From the NCBI GenBank assembly GCA_046732715.1, contig JBKPNQ010000156.1, forward strand, positions 1,058 to 65,057: 64,000 bases of DNA, in the 5' to 3' direction. Below the pieces are notes generated by a model. That model was not told the DNA's origin and ran no database searches. It worked only from the letters and a program-made list of their open reading frames with translations. This DNA is from Acidobacteriota bacterium (GTDB lineage Bacteria; Acidobacteriota; Vicinamibacteria; Vicinamibacterales; 2-12-FULL-66-21). Positions 1 to 9,471 of this stretch are shown here, piece after piece. Both the position numbers and the translations under genes were made by a program. The first letter of the stretch is position 1. Every line of letters starts with the position of its first letter.

Positions 1-720
1 GAGGTGCTGGGATCGCACGACACGGCCGCCGCGCGAGACAAGGTGGGCTACCTGCCGGAGGAACGCGGCCTCTATAAGAAGATGACCATCCGTCGTCTGC
101 TCCGCTACTACGGGCGTTTGAAAGGGGAGCCGACGGCCCGCGTCGACGCGGCGATTGAAGACTGGATGCGCCGAATGGAGCTGCCCGGCCTCCTCGATCG
201 GCAGGTCGAGACGCTCTCGAAAGGGATGTCGCAGAAAGTGCAGTTCGTCTCGGCGGTCGTCTCGAACCCCTCGCTCCTGATTCTCGACGAGCCGTTCTCC
301 GGGTTGGACCCGGTCAACGCCCAGGTGCTCAAGGACGCAGTCCTCGAGATGCGCGGTCGCGGCGCGACGGTCGTCTTCAGCACCCACGACATGGCCACCG
401 CCGAACGCATGTGCGATCGCATCTTCATGATCTTTCGCGGACGCAAGGTGCTCGATGGCTCGCTCGAGAGCATCCAGGATCGGTACGGCGCCGACACCGT
501 CAGGGTCCGAACGTCCGGGGGCCTGGCCGCGCTGACGGATCTGTCCGAGATCGAGGCGGTGAACGACTTCGGCCAGATGCAGGAGATTCGGCTGCAGGGC
601 GACCCGCAATCCTTTCTCGCCCGTCTCGCGTCGCGGACCGCGGTGTACCACTTCGAGGTGACGCGACCGTCACTGCAGGACATATTCGTCCGGATCGCGA
701 AACCCGATCGAGGTGCGTAG
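1..720 (+). CDS. ABC transporter ATP-binding protein (ABC-2/NatA-like), 5' end cut by window edge
   Basis: Frame is open from nt 1. ABC signature LSKGMSQK, Walker B LLILDEPFSGLD and H-loop FSTHD are present; Walker A must lie upstream of the window. Stop TAG 718-720. Confidence 0.9.
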   Translation, partial: EVLGSHDTAAARDKVGYLPEERGLYKKMTIRRLLRYYGRLKGEPTARVDAAIEDWMRRMELPGLLDRQVETLSKGMSQKVQFVSAVVSNPSLLILDEPFSGLDPVNAQVLKDAVLEMRGRGATVVFSTHDMATAERMCDRIFMIFRGRKVLDGSLESIQDRYGADTVRVRTSGGLAALTDLSEIEAVNDFGQMQEIRLQGDPQSFLARLASRTAVYHFEVTRPSLQDIFVRIAKPDRGA

Positions 721-747
721 CCGCCGAGCGGAAATGCCGACACAGCC

Positions 748-2058
748 ATGCGCAAAACACTGATCGTCGCCCAATCGGAATTCACCACGCTCGTGAAAAC
801 GAAGGCATTTCTCATCAGCTTGATCCTCATGCCAATCGTCATGGGCGGATCGATTTTGATCGTCCGGTCGACGAGGGACGCCACGGACAACAAAGATCGA
901 ACGTTTGCCGTGGTTGATCACACCGGCGTGCTTGCTGAACCGCTACGCGCGGTCGCCAGCTTGTATAACTCGTCCACACCGTCAGCCATCGACAACGTCT
1001 TGCCGCGAAAGGGCCCACGTTTCATCCCCATCGAGGTCAAGCCAGATGGACGACCCGCCGACGAATTGCGGCTGGAGCTGTCGAACCGCGTGCGCAAGGA
1101 AGAGTTGTTTGCCTTTGTCGAAGTGCCAGCAGAGATTCTCGACCCGGCAGCCGGTGCATCCATCCGGTACTACTCGGATCATCCTTCGTACAATGCGTTG
1201 CCGCAGTGGATCCGGGCCACCGTCAACGCCGTCGTTCTCAACGAGCGCTTCCGGCAGGCGTCGGTCGATCGCGCGCTGGTCGTCCGGCTGACGAAGCAGG
1301 CGCCCATCGACGAGCGGGGGCTGTTCGAGTCAGCGGCGGGCGGAGGCGTCAAACCGGCAGAAGAAGTGAGCGTGGCGCGCGCGATCGGCGTTCCGCTGGC
1401 GGCGCTGGTGCTCATGTACATGACCATCATGACCAGCGCGCCCCAGCTCCTCAACAGCGTAATCGAAGAAAAGATGAGCCGGATCAGCGAAGTGCTCGTC
1501 GGCTCGGTCACCCCGTTCACGCTGATGATGGGCAAGTTGATCGGCGGAGCCGCCGCCTCGACGCTGCTGAGCGTCATCTACATTGCTGGCGGCCTGATTG
1601 TCGCGCAGTACTGGGGCGGCTATGCGAGCGCCATCACGCCGTCGATCGTTGGATGGTTTCTGCTCTTTCTCCTCCTGTCGTTGTTCATCTTCGGATCGCT
1701 GTTCATCGCGATTGGTGCCGCCTGTAACGATCTGAAGGATTCACAGAACATGATGACGCCGGTGATGCTGCTCGTGATGATCCCGGTGTTCACGTCCGGA
1801 TCGGTGCTGCGCGCGCCGGATGGCACGCTGGCGACCGTGCTGTCGCTGGTGCCGACTGCGGCGCCGTTTCTGATGCTGCTTCGCATCTCCCTTCAACCAG
1901 GCCCACCCGTGTGGCAGATTGTGCTGTCGATTCTGCTGATGGCGGTCACGGCTATCGCCGTCGTCTGGGCGGCTGGCAAGATTTTCCGAACTGGCCTTCT
2001 CATGCAAGGCAAGTCGGCCACCTTTGCCGAGATGCTCAGGTGGGTGGTGGCGAAGTGA
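748..2058 (+). CDS. ABC-2 type transporter permease (NatB-like)
   Basis: 436-aa ORF 27 nt after the ATPase stop. One N-terminal TM helix, a long soluble loop, then a cluster of hydrophobic helices in the C-terminal half. Confidence 0.8.
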   Translation: MRKTLIVAQSEFTTLVKTKAFLISLILMPIVMGGSILIVRSTRDATDNKDRTFAVVDHTGVLAEPLRAVASLYNSSTPSAIDNVLPRKGPRFIPIEVKPDGRPADELRLELSNRVRKEELFAFVEVPAEILDPAAGASIRYYSDHPSYNALPQWIRATVNAVVLNERFRQASVDRALVVRLTKQAPIDERGLFESAAGGGVKPAEEVSVARAIGVPLAALVLMYMTIMTSAPQLLNSVIEEKMSRISEVLVGSVTPFTLMMGKLIGGAAASTLLSVIYIAGGLIVAQYWGGYASAITPSIVGWFLLFLLLSLFIFGSLFIAIGAACNDLKDSQNMMTPVMLLVMIPVFTSGSVLRAPDGTLATVLSLVPTAAPFLMLLRISLQPGPPVWQIVLSILLMAVTAIAVVWAAGKIFRTGLLMQGKSATFAEMLRWVVAK

Positions 2059-2068
2059 ATTGCTGAAT

Positions 2069-2113
2069 GCTGATGACGATTGCTGATTGACTCATCAGCA
2101 ATCGTCAATCAGC
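2069..2113 (+). terminator. Imperfect hairpin (about 18 bp with two 1-nt bulges) built from TGCTGAT-type words, just after the permease stop
   Basis: GCTGATGACGATTGCTGATTGA (2069-2090) is near-complementary to TCATCAGCAATCGTCAATCAGC (2092-2113). It is followed by a weakly T-containing stretch. It overlaps the ORF-track start (2080) of the next gene. Confidence 0.4.
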
Positions 2114-2133
2114 AATTCTGTTACGATTTCCGG

Positions 2134-4077
2134 ATGGATTCCCGCGTCCTCGCCGCACGATCCGGACTCGGTGCGGTCGTGATCGCCTTCGTCATCGCCA
2201 CCGCCGCCGCGGCGCAGCAACCGGTTCAGTACAAGGTGTCGTTCCCCGAGCCCGAACATCATTACGCCCAGGTCGAGGTGACGTGGGGCGGCGTGACTGG
2301 CGCAACGCTCGAAGCGAGGATGAGCCGATCGTCGCCGGGACGGTATGCGGTCCACGAATTCGCCAAGAACGTCTTCGACGTTCACGCGTTCGACGGGCAC
2401 GGCAAAGAACTGAAACCAACCCGGCCAAATCCGTACCAATGGAACGTCACCGGTCACGACGGAACGGTCCGCATCACCTACAAGGTCTTCGGGAATCACG
2501 TGGACGGAACCTATCTCGCCGTCGACGAGTCGCACGCGCATGTGAACATGCCCGCGACGTTGATGTGGGCGCGGGGCTTCGATCTGCGTGCCGTCACCGT
2601 CAAGTTTGATCCCCCGGCTCAGTACTCGTGGAAGCCCGCGACGCAACTGTTTCCGACCGCCGATCCGTGGACGTTTACGGCGCCGAACCTGCAGTACTTG
2701 ATGGACAGCCCGACCGAACTGAGCGACTACACGCTGCGTTCCTTCAAGGTCAGGAATCCGGACGGGACGGAATACACGATTCGGGCGGCGGTCCATCACG
2801 ATGGCGACGCGTCAGTGATCGATGAGTACGCCGCAGGGGTAGAGAAGATCGTCAACGAAGCGGCAGCGGTGTACGGCGAATTCCCCGCCTTCGATACTGG
2901 CACCTACACGTTTCTCGGCGACTATGTTCCCTGGGGTGGCGGCGATGGTATGGAGCATCGCAACAGCACGGTGGTGGCGTCACCGACCTCGTTCAAAGAC
3001 CCGCAGGCGGCACGGGCGGCGCTCAGCACGGTTTCGCACGAGTTCTTTCATTGCTGGAACGTCGAGCGGATCCGTCCGAAGACGCTCGAGCCCTTCAACT
3101 TCGAAGAGGCGAACATCTCGGGTGAACTCTGGCTGGCCGAGGGCTTTACCCAGTACTACGGGCCTCTGATCATGACGCGAGCCGGGGTGTCGCCTGCCGA
3201 TCCGGCCGGACTGGTGAGAAACGCGGTTGCCGTCATCAACAGTCCGGCGCGACGGTTTCGATCGGCGGTCGAAATGAGCCAGATGGCCCCGTTCAGCGAT
3301 GCGGCGGTCGCGATCGACGAGACGAACCTGCCGACGACATTCATCTCCTACTACACGTATGGCGCAGCGATTGCGGCGGCGCTGGATCTGAGCCTCCGCG
3401 ATCGATCGAACGGACGGATCACGCTCGACGATTTCATGCGCGCGATGTGGGTGGCGTATGGGAAACCAGGAGGACCCAGCCCGGCGATCATCGCCAAGCC
3501 GTACACGTTGAAGGACGCTCGGGATCGTTTGGCGGACGTGTCTGGAGATCGTCGATTTGCCGATGAGTTTTTCGACAACTACATCGAGGGCCGGGAGCTG
3601 CCCGATTACGAAAAGCTGTTCGCGCGTGTTGGCCTCATCCTTCGCAAACGCAATCCGAGAGTCGCGTGGGTTGGTCTGCTCGATCAATCGTTTACCGGAG
3701 GTAGCCGACGTGGCGGCCGTCGTGGAGGTGCTGCGGCGACACCGAGCGTCACCGGCCCCGGAGTGCGCGTCCCCGGACTGGTGAATTGGGGAACGCCGGC
3801 GTACCGCGCCGGTCTCGAGGAGGGGGACCTGATAACCGCTGCGGACGGAAAAGCAATCGCGACGCTCGACGACTGGCAGGCAGCGGTGCGCATACACAAG
3901 CCAGGCGATTCAATGCCCGTGGAGTTCACTCGTCACGGTTCGACGGTCAAAGCGACGATCACAGTGGAAGAGGATCCGACGCTCGAGGTGGTGACGCTCG
4001 AGTCGACTGGCGGCACGCTATCGGCAGATCAAAAGGCGTTGCGGGACGGGTGGTTAGGATCTAAGAGAAAATCGTGA
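2134..4077 (+). CDS. M61 family (glycyl) aminopeptidase with C-terminal PDZ-like domain
   Basis: Signal-like N-terminus from ATG 2134. M61 zinc motif HEFFHCWNVERIRP. C-terminal PDZ-like GLEEGDLITAADGKAI. Contains a GGSRRGGRRGG low-complexity insert. Confidence 0.85.
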   Translation: MDSRVLAARSGLGAVVIAFVIATAAAAQQPVQYKVSFPEPEHHYAQVEVTWGGVTGATLEARMSRSSPGRYAVHEFAKNVFDVHAFDGHGKELKPTRPNPYQWNVTGHDGTVRITYKVFGNHVDGTYLAVDESHAHVNMPATLMWARGFDLRAVTVKFDPPAQYSWKPATQLFPTADPWTFTAPNLQYLMDSPTELSDYTLRSFKVRNPDGTEYTIRAAVHHDGDASVIDEYAAGVEKIVNEAAAVYGEFPAFDTGTYTFLGDYVPWGGGDGMEHRNSTVVASPTSFKDPQAARAALSTVSHEFFHCWNVERIRPKTLEPFNFEEANISGELWLAEGFTQYYGPLIMTRAGVSPADPAGLVRNAVAVINSPARRFRSAVEMSQMAPFSDAAVAIDETNLPTTFISYYTYGAAIAAALDLSLRDRSNGRITLDDFMRAMWVAYGKPGGPSPAIIAKPYTLKDARDRLADVSGDRRFADEFFDNYIEGRELPDYEKLFARVGLILRKRNPRVAWVGLLDQSFTGGSRRGGRRGGAAATPSVTGPGVRVPGLVNWGTPAYRAGLEEGDLITAADGKAIATLDDWQAAVRIHKPGDSMPVEFTRHGSTVKATITVEEDPTLEVVTLESTGGTLSADQKALRDGWLGSKRKS

Positions 4078-4081
4078 GTGT

Positions 4082-4179
4082 CAGTTTCCAGTTTCCAGGT
4101 TCCGGTTACCAGTTAGCAGTTTCCAGTGAAGAGCTGGCGACTGGAAACCACTGGAAGCTGGACACTGGCAACTGGGAAC
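4082..4179. repeat. 14 phase-locked heptamers (CAGTTTC-type then TGGNAAC-type) forming an imperfect long hairpin
   Basis: Units read directly: CAGTTTC CAGTTTC CAGGTTC CGGTTAC CAGTTAG CAGTTTC CAGTGAA GAGCTGG CGACTGG AAACCAC TGGAAGC TGGACAC TGGCAAC TGGGAAC. Perfect 8-bp core stem 4119-4126/4141-4148. Confidence 0.8.
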
Positions 4180-4205
4180 TCACTCTCCGCGTCACATATT
4201 AAAAA

Positions 4206-6563
4206 GTGATCGGTACAACGGTTCAGCATTATCGGGTTGACGAGCGCCTCGGGGCCGGCGGGATGGGCGAAGTGTATCGGGGTGAGGATACACGCCTCGG
4301 CCGGCCCGTCGCCCTGAAGTTTCTCCCGCCCTCGCTCAAGTCTGATCCGGAAAGCCGGGCGCGGTTCTTGAACGAAGCCCGCGCCGCCTCGATGCTGCGA
4401 TCTCCGAACATCGCGGTGACCTACGACATCGGCGAGGAAGATGGTGCCGACTTCATCGTGATGGAGTATGTCGACGGCGAGTTGTTGTCCTCACGGGTCG
4501 CGCGCGGTCCGTTGCCGGTGCGCGAGGTCGTAGAAATCGGGATCCAGGTGGCGGACGCTCTCGACGAAGCCCACTCGCGTGGGATCGTCCACCGCGACAT
4601 CAAGAGCGCGAACCTGATGAGGACCGAGCGGGGCCTGGTCAAAGTCCTCGACTTCGGACTGGCGAAGTTTGTCTCGAACGTCGCGTCTCAGGAAGTGACC
4701 AAACCGCAAATGACCATGGCGGGGATCGTCGTCGGCACCGTCTCGTACATGGCGCCCGAGCAGGCGCTGGGGCGGCCGATCGATCATCGCGTCGATCTGT
4801 TCTCGCTGGGCGTCGTCCTGTTCGAGCTGTTGACGGGGCGGATGCCGTTCGAAGGATCGACGCCGACGGAAATCATCGATCGAATTCTTCACGAGGTGCC
4901 GCCGCCGCCGTCGCGATATGCGAGCGGCGTACCTGCGACCGTCGATGTGATTGTCGCTCGCGCGCTCGAAAAGGATCCGGTCTTTCGCTATCAGCAAGCG
5001 AGCGATGTCGCGCACGATTTGCGGCAGGTCGGCGACGAGCTCGACGGGATGCCGCTTCGTCCGTCCAGTCGCATCACCGCCGCCGCATCGGCCGGGGCGG
5101 TCGAGAATTCGGTCGCGGTGATGACGTTCTCGAACATCACCCGCGAACCCGCCGATGACTGGATCGGCACCGGGATCGCTGAAACCGTCAGCTCCGATCT
5201 CAAGAACATTCACGGCCTGACCATCATCGGCCGCGCGCGGGTTTACGATGCGCTTCGTAATCTCAGCACCGATGCGCACCTGAACGATTCACTCGCCATC
5301 GATATCGGTCGCCGTCTCGGGGCAACCTGGGTCGTCGTCGGTGGATATCAGCGCCTCGCCGCCGTCGTGCGGATTACCGCCAGCTTCGTCGAGGTGGCGA
5401 GCGGCCAGGTCCGCCGCACTGTGAAGGTCGATGGCCGCATCGACGACATCTTCGCGCTGCAGGACAAGATTGTTTTTGAGCTGAGTCAGGGGCTGAACCT
5501 TGCGCTCCGAGGGACCGAGATTGCCGACATCGAGCGGCAGGAAACCCGTTCGGTTGCCGCCTACGAAAGCTACGCGCGTGGGATGATGAATCTGCGCCAG
5601 GCCACCCGCGAATCGATCGATCGCGCCATCGCCGCATTTGACGACGCGACGAAGCACGATCCGGAGTACGCCCATGCCTGGGCCGCGCTGGGAAACGCCT
5701 ATGGCCTGAAAGGAAGTTTCCTGGGCATGCACGAGATGGTCAACCAGGCGATCGATCTCGAGCGCCGCGCGCTCGCGATCGACCCCGAGTTCTCCGATGC
5801 GCATATGTGGCTTGGAAGCGGGCTGCTGGAACTCGGCCGCATCGAAGAAGCCATCGTCGAAATCCGCGAGTCGCTGCGTCTGGATCCAGAGAACGGGCAG
5901 GCGTACCAGGCACTCGCACGCGCCTACTGGGTTGGAAAGGGAGACTTCAAGGCCGCGATCCCGATGTTTGAGCGCGCCATCGCCTTGAATCCGGAAGCCG
6001 GCTACTCGTACCTCCAGTTGGCGCTGCTGCTGGCCTATGAGGGCCAGCTCGATCGCGCGGAGGAAATCAGTCGCCACGCGGTCGATTTGCAGGACCAATA
6101 CATCTCCGGCAACCTGGGGCTGCAGATCGTCGGCGCCCACGCGCGTCTGGGATACGTTCACTACTTGCGAGCACGCTACGACGATGCGCTGCGCGAGTAC
6201 GAACGGGAGATGGCCTTCATCGGAGCGGGCGACCATGCGCTGCGCGACCGCACACTGCTCGAACTGAACGTCAAGATCGGTGCGGTCTACTTACGGCAAG
6301 GGCGCCACGACGAGGCCGAGCGCCACTTCGGCCGGGCGCTCAAGAGCTTTGACGCCCGTGTCGCCAATGGCGCGGATGACCCGTTCACGCGTTACTACGT
6401 CGCGTCTCTTCACGCGCTTCGCGGTGACGCTGATCGGGCGCTCGATTCGCTCGAACGCGTCGCCCACAGCCTTCCCGCGCTCACGGCGGCTCGCGCGAGA
6501 CTCGATGTCGATCTGGCGTTCCTCCGCGATCAGCCGAGGTTCCACGCCCTGATCGGTTCGTAA
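4206..6563 (+). CDS. Ser/Thr protein kinase with C-terminal TPR-like repeat region
   Basis: GTG start. Kinase motifs GAGGMGEVY, HRDIKSANLM, DFGLAK and SYMAPE. The C-terminal half has repeated TPR-like helices. Confidence 0.9.
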   Translation: MIGTTVQHYRVDERLGAGGMGEVYRGEDTRLGRPVALKFLPPSLKSDPESRARFLNEARAASMLRSPNIAVTYDIGEEDGADFIVMEYVDGELLSSRVARGPLPVREVVEIGIQVADALDEAHSRGIVHRDIKSANLMRTERGLVKVLDFGLAKFVSNVASQEVTKPQMTMAGIVVGTVSYMAPEQALGRPIDHRVDLFSLGVVLFELLTGRMPFEGSTPTEIIDRILHEVPPPPSRYASGVPATVDVIVARALEKDPVFRYQQASDVAHDLRQVGDELDGMPLRPSSRITAAASAGAVENSVAVMTFSNITREPADDWIGTGIAETVSSDLKNIHGLTIIGRARVYDALRNLSTDAHLNDSLAIDIGRRLGATWVVVGGYQRLAAVVRITASFVEVASGQVRRTVKVDGRIDDIFALQDKIVFELSQGLNLALRGTEIADIERQETRSVAAYESYARGMMNLRQATRESIDRAIAAFDDATKHDPEYAHAWAALGNAYGLKGSFLGMHEMVNQAIDLERRALAIDPEFSDAHMWLGSGLLELGRIEEAIVEIRESLRLDPENGQAYQALARAYWVGKGDFKAAIPMFERAIALNPEAGYSYLQLALLLAYEGQLDRAEEISRHAVDLQDQYISGNLGLQIVGAHARLGYVHYLRARYDDALREYEREMAFIGAGDHALRDRTLLELNVKIGAVYLRQGRHDEAERHFGRALKSFDARVANGADDPFTRYYVASLHALRGDADRALDSLERVAHSLPALTAARARLDVDLAFLRDQPRFHALIGS

Positions 6564-6798
6564 GGGACCCGTGGCGTCGGGTTCGCTGACCCTCCTCAGG
6601 GCGCACCGTCGCAGCGGTCGAGCTCGACACGCGAACCAGATACCCATTGTTGTCGTCAGATCCACCTAACCTGGCTCGTCAACTTCCCAAGATTGACCGA
6701 CGTGCGCCCGCCAATCCCTGTCTGGGGCGAATCGTCGACGGCATCCTCCTCGCATTGGGAACGCCCGTCGCTATTTTGCTGACGGATTCGGGGGCGCC

Positions 6799-9339
6799 GT
6801 GTCGAACCTACGATCGGGACTTCTTCGTGTCGCCATCACCGCAGCCATATCGTCGTTCTGCCTCGTCGTGCCGCGCGCAGCGGAGGCGCAACTCGCGCCG
6901 CAAGAGCGTCTCTGCGATCCCTCATTTGAAAACTGCCGGACAGATCTCCTGACCTACATCAAACAGGAACAGGTTGGCATTGACGCCGCGTTCTGGCTGA
7001 TGAGCGACGATCGGTACGTCAGCGCCATCATCGGACGCTGGCAGGCGGGTGTACCGGTGCGGTTGCTCGTCGATCCGCGCTGTGACGAAAATCATGTGAC
7101 CTGTACCGCTGCGCTGGACAAGTTTCAAGCCGCCGGCGTGCCGATGCGATATCGGGCGACGAGCGGCATCCTGCATTGGAAGATGATGCTGTTCGCGGGG
7201 CAGGGACAACTCGAATTCTCGGGAGCCAACTACAACCCGTTCGAGTTCGTCCCGGTGACACCATACGTGAACTATACCGACGAGATCGTCTACTACACCG
7301 ACGATGCGCCAATCGTTCAGAGCTTCATGACCAAGTTCGATGATCTCTGGACGAGCGCGACGGAGTTCAAGGATTACGCAAACATTACGACGCCGCTGGT
7401 CCGGAACTACGACACCTTTCCCATCAGTCCTGACCTGAACTTTCCTCCCGATCAGAGTTATCGCAGCCGGGCGGTCGGCCGGTACAACGCTGAGACGCAG
7501 CAGATCGACGTCATGATGTTCCGCATCACCGACGTGTCCCACACCAACGCGATCGTCAAGGCGGTGCAACGCGGAGTCCCCGTACGGCTGATCACGGACG
7601 ACAGCGAGTACCGCAATCCCGATCGACTGTGGGATGCCTACAACGTAGACATCATGTACCGCGCGGGCGTGCAGATCCGGGTGGATGCACACGAGGGCAT
7701 CGATCACGCCAAGCTGGTGCTGCTTTATCAGCAGGGTATGTCCATTTTTGGATCGTCGAATTGGACCTCGCCCTCGAGCGACTCGCAGCGCGAGCACAAC
7801 TATTTCACTACCAAGGCGGCGATCTTCAACTGGGCGAAATCGCAGTTCAATCGCAAATGGTCGAATAGCGCGGGTTTCACGGAAACGAAAGCGTTTGTGC
7901 CGCTGCCTCCGACCAAGCCCTCGTACGTGTCGCCGGCGAATGCTGCGACGGCGGTGCCGACCACGGGTACCAGTCTGAAATGGAATGGCGGCCTGTGGGC
8001 GCATGTCTACGACGTGTACTTCGGCACCAGTCCAAATCCACCGCTGCTAGCCCAGGACGTCGCCCTTGGGCCCAGTCAGAGCAGTTCTGACAACAAGACC
8101 TACTCGCTGCCCGCGCTCCAGGCCGGCACGCTTTACTACTGGAAGATCGTGTCCAAGACGATGGCCGGCCTGACCGCGACTGGACCGGTGTGGAGTTTCA
8201 CGACCGCCGGAACGGGCGGCGGCGGATCGCTGCCGAGCCCGTGGCTCGATGCCGACGTGGGTGCCGTCGGTGCTCCGGGCAGCGCGAGCTTCGCAGATCC
8301 GACATTCACCGTGAGGGGCGCTGGCGCGGACGTCTGGGGCACCGCCGATGCGTTGCACTTCGTCTATCAGCCGCTCGACGGCGACGGGACGATCGTGGCG
8401 CGGGTCGCGAGCGTTCAGAACACCGCGGCCTGGGCCAAGGCCGGAGTGATGATTCGCTCGTCGCTGAGCGCGGGGTCCGCACAGGCGTTCATGCTCGTGT
8501 CAGCCGGCAAGGGCGTGGCATTTCAGCGGCGCCTGAGTGACGGAGCAACCAGTCTCAGCACCGCCGGCAGTGCCTCGACCGCACCCCGCTGGGTGAAGCT
8601 GACACGAAGCGGCGGCGCGATTACGGCATACGAATCGAGCACCGGAACATCCTGGACTCAGGTGGGAAGTGATACGTTCTCGATGCCGGGGAGCGTCCTT
8701 ATCGGTCTGGCCGTGTCGAGCCACGTCAGCGGCGTGACGTGCACCACGACGTTCGACGGCGTCAGCGTGACCTCCTCCGCGCCACCACCTCCTCCCTTGC
8801 CGTCTGGATGGGACGATGCCGACGTCGGTGCTGTCGGTAGTGCCGGCACAGCCAGCTTCGCCGGATCGACCTTCAGCGTCACCGGACAAGGGGCGGACAT
8901 CTGGGGAACCGCCGATGCGTTCAACTATGCGTATCGCACGGTGATGGGGGACACGACGATCATCGCGCGGGTCGCGACGGTTCAGAACGTCAACGCCTGG
9001 ACCAAAGCGGGCGTGATGATCCGCGAGTCACTCGGTCCGGGTGCGACCCACGCTTATGCCCTGGTGTCGGCCTCCAAAGGTGTGGCGTTCCAGCGGCGGC
9101 CAACGACCGGCGGAGTGACCGTGAGCACGGCTGGAACGCTGTCAGCCGCTCCACGATGGGTCAAGCTAACGCGCGTCGGGAATGTGTTCAGTGCGTATGA
9201 GTCCAGTGACGGCAGCACATGGTCGCTCGTTGGCACCGAGACGATTTCGATGAACGCCTCCGTACTAGTGGGCCTGGCAGTGACGAGCCACTCGACATCA
9301 CCCGCGACAGCGACGTTCGACGGTGTGACGGTTCAATGA
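6799..9339 (+). CDS. Secreted phospholipase D-like (two HKD motifs) protein with FN3-like segment and two tandem beta-sandwich (LamG/DUF1349-like) modules
   Basis: Signal peptide. HWKMMLF (about nt 7174) and DHAKLVLL..GSSNW (about nt 7704). Two ~189-aa tandem copies at 8230-8770 and 8797-9336 (W.D.DVGAVG..G.ASF ... WVKLTR.G). Confidence 0.7.
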   Translation: MSNLRSGLLRVAITAAISSFCLVVPRAAEAQLAPQERLCDPSFENCRTDLLTYIKQEQVGIDAAFWLMSDDRYVSAIIGRWQAGVPVRLLVDPRCDENHVTCTAALDKFQAAGVPMRYRATSGILHWKMMLFAGQGQLEFSGANYNPFEFVPVTPYVNYTDEIVYYTDDAPIVQSFMTKFDDLWTSATEFKDYANITTPLVRNYDTFPISPDLNFPPDQSYRSRAVGRYNAETQQIDVMMFRITDVSHTNAIVKAVQRGVPVRLITDDSEYRNPDRLWDAYNVDIMYRAGVQIRVDAHEGIDHAKLVLLYQQGMSIFGSSNWTSPSSDSQREHNYFTTKAAIFNWAKSQFNRKWSNSAGFTETKAFVPLPPTKPSYVSPANAATAVPTTGTSLKWNGGLWAHVYDVYFGTSPNPPLLAQDVALGPSQSSSDNKTYSLPALQAGTLYYWKIVSKTMAGLTATGPVWSFTTAGTGGGGSLPSPWLDADVGAVGAPGSASFADPTFTVRGAGADVWGTADALHFVYQPLDGDGTIVARVASVQNTAAWAKAGVMIRSSLSAGSAQAFMLVSAGKGVAFQRRLSDGATSLSTAGSASTAPRWVKLTRSGGAITAYESSTGTSWTQVGSDTFSMPGSVLIGLAVSSHVSGVTCTTTFDGVSVTSSAPPPPPLPSGWDDADVGAVGSAGTASFAGSTFSVTGQGADIWGTADAFNYAYRTVMGDTTIIARVATVQNVNAWTKAGVMIRESLGPGATHAYALVSASKGVAFQRRPTTGGVTVSTAGTLSAAPRWVKLTRVGNVFSAYESSDGSTWSLVGTETISMNASVLVGLAVTSHSTSPATATFDGVTVQ

Positions 9340-9350
9340 GGGGACGAAAG

Positions 9351-9467
9351 GGAAAAGGGAAAAGGGAAAAGTTAGAAGTTAGAAGTTAGAAGTAAGTGCA
9401 AAATCAAAGTTATCCTTACCTCTGACTTTTAACTTTTCACTTTTAACTCTTAACTTTTCACTTTCTC
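9351..9467 (+). repeat. Heptamer-built hairpin: purine-rich arm (GGAAAAG x3, TTAGAAG x3) against pyrimidine-rich arm (CTTTTAA/CTTTTCA/CTCTTAA/CTTTCTC x6)
   Basis: Units read directly in 7-nt phase. The arms pair only if G:T(U) wobble is allowed, which means on the + strand transcript. Confidence 0.75.
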
Positions 9468-9471
9468 TTCC

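Noticed and set aside
2080-2133. ORF-track start (2080) for the M61 peptidase
   Set aside because: It lies inside the upstream hairpin. The signal-peptide-like N-terminus begins at ATG 2134.
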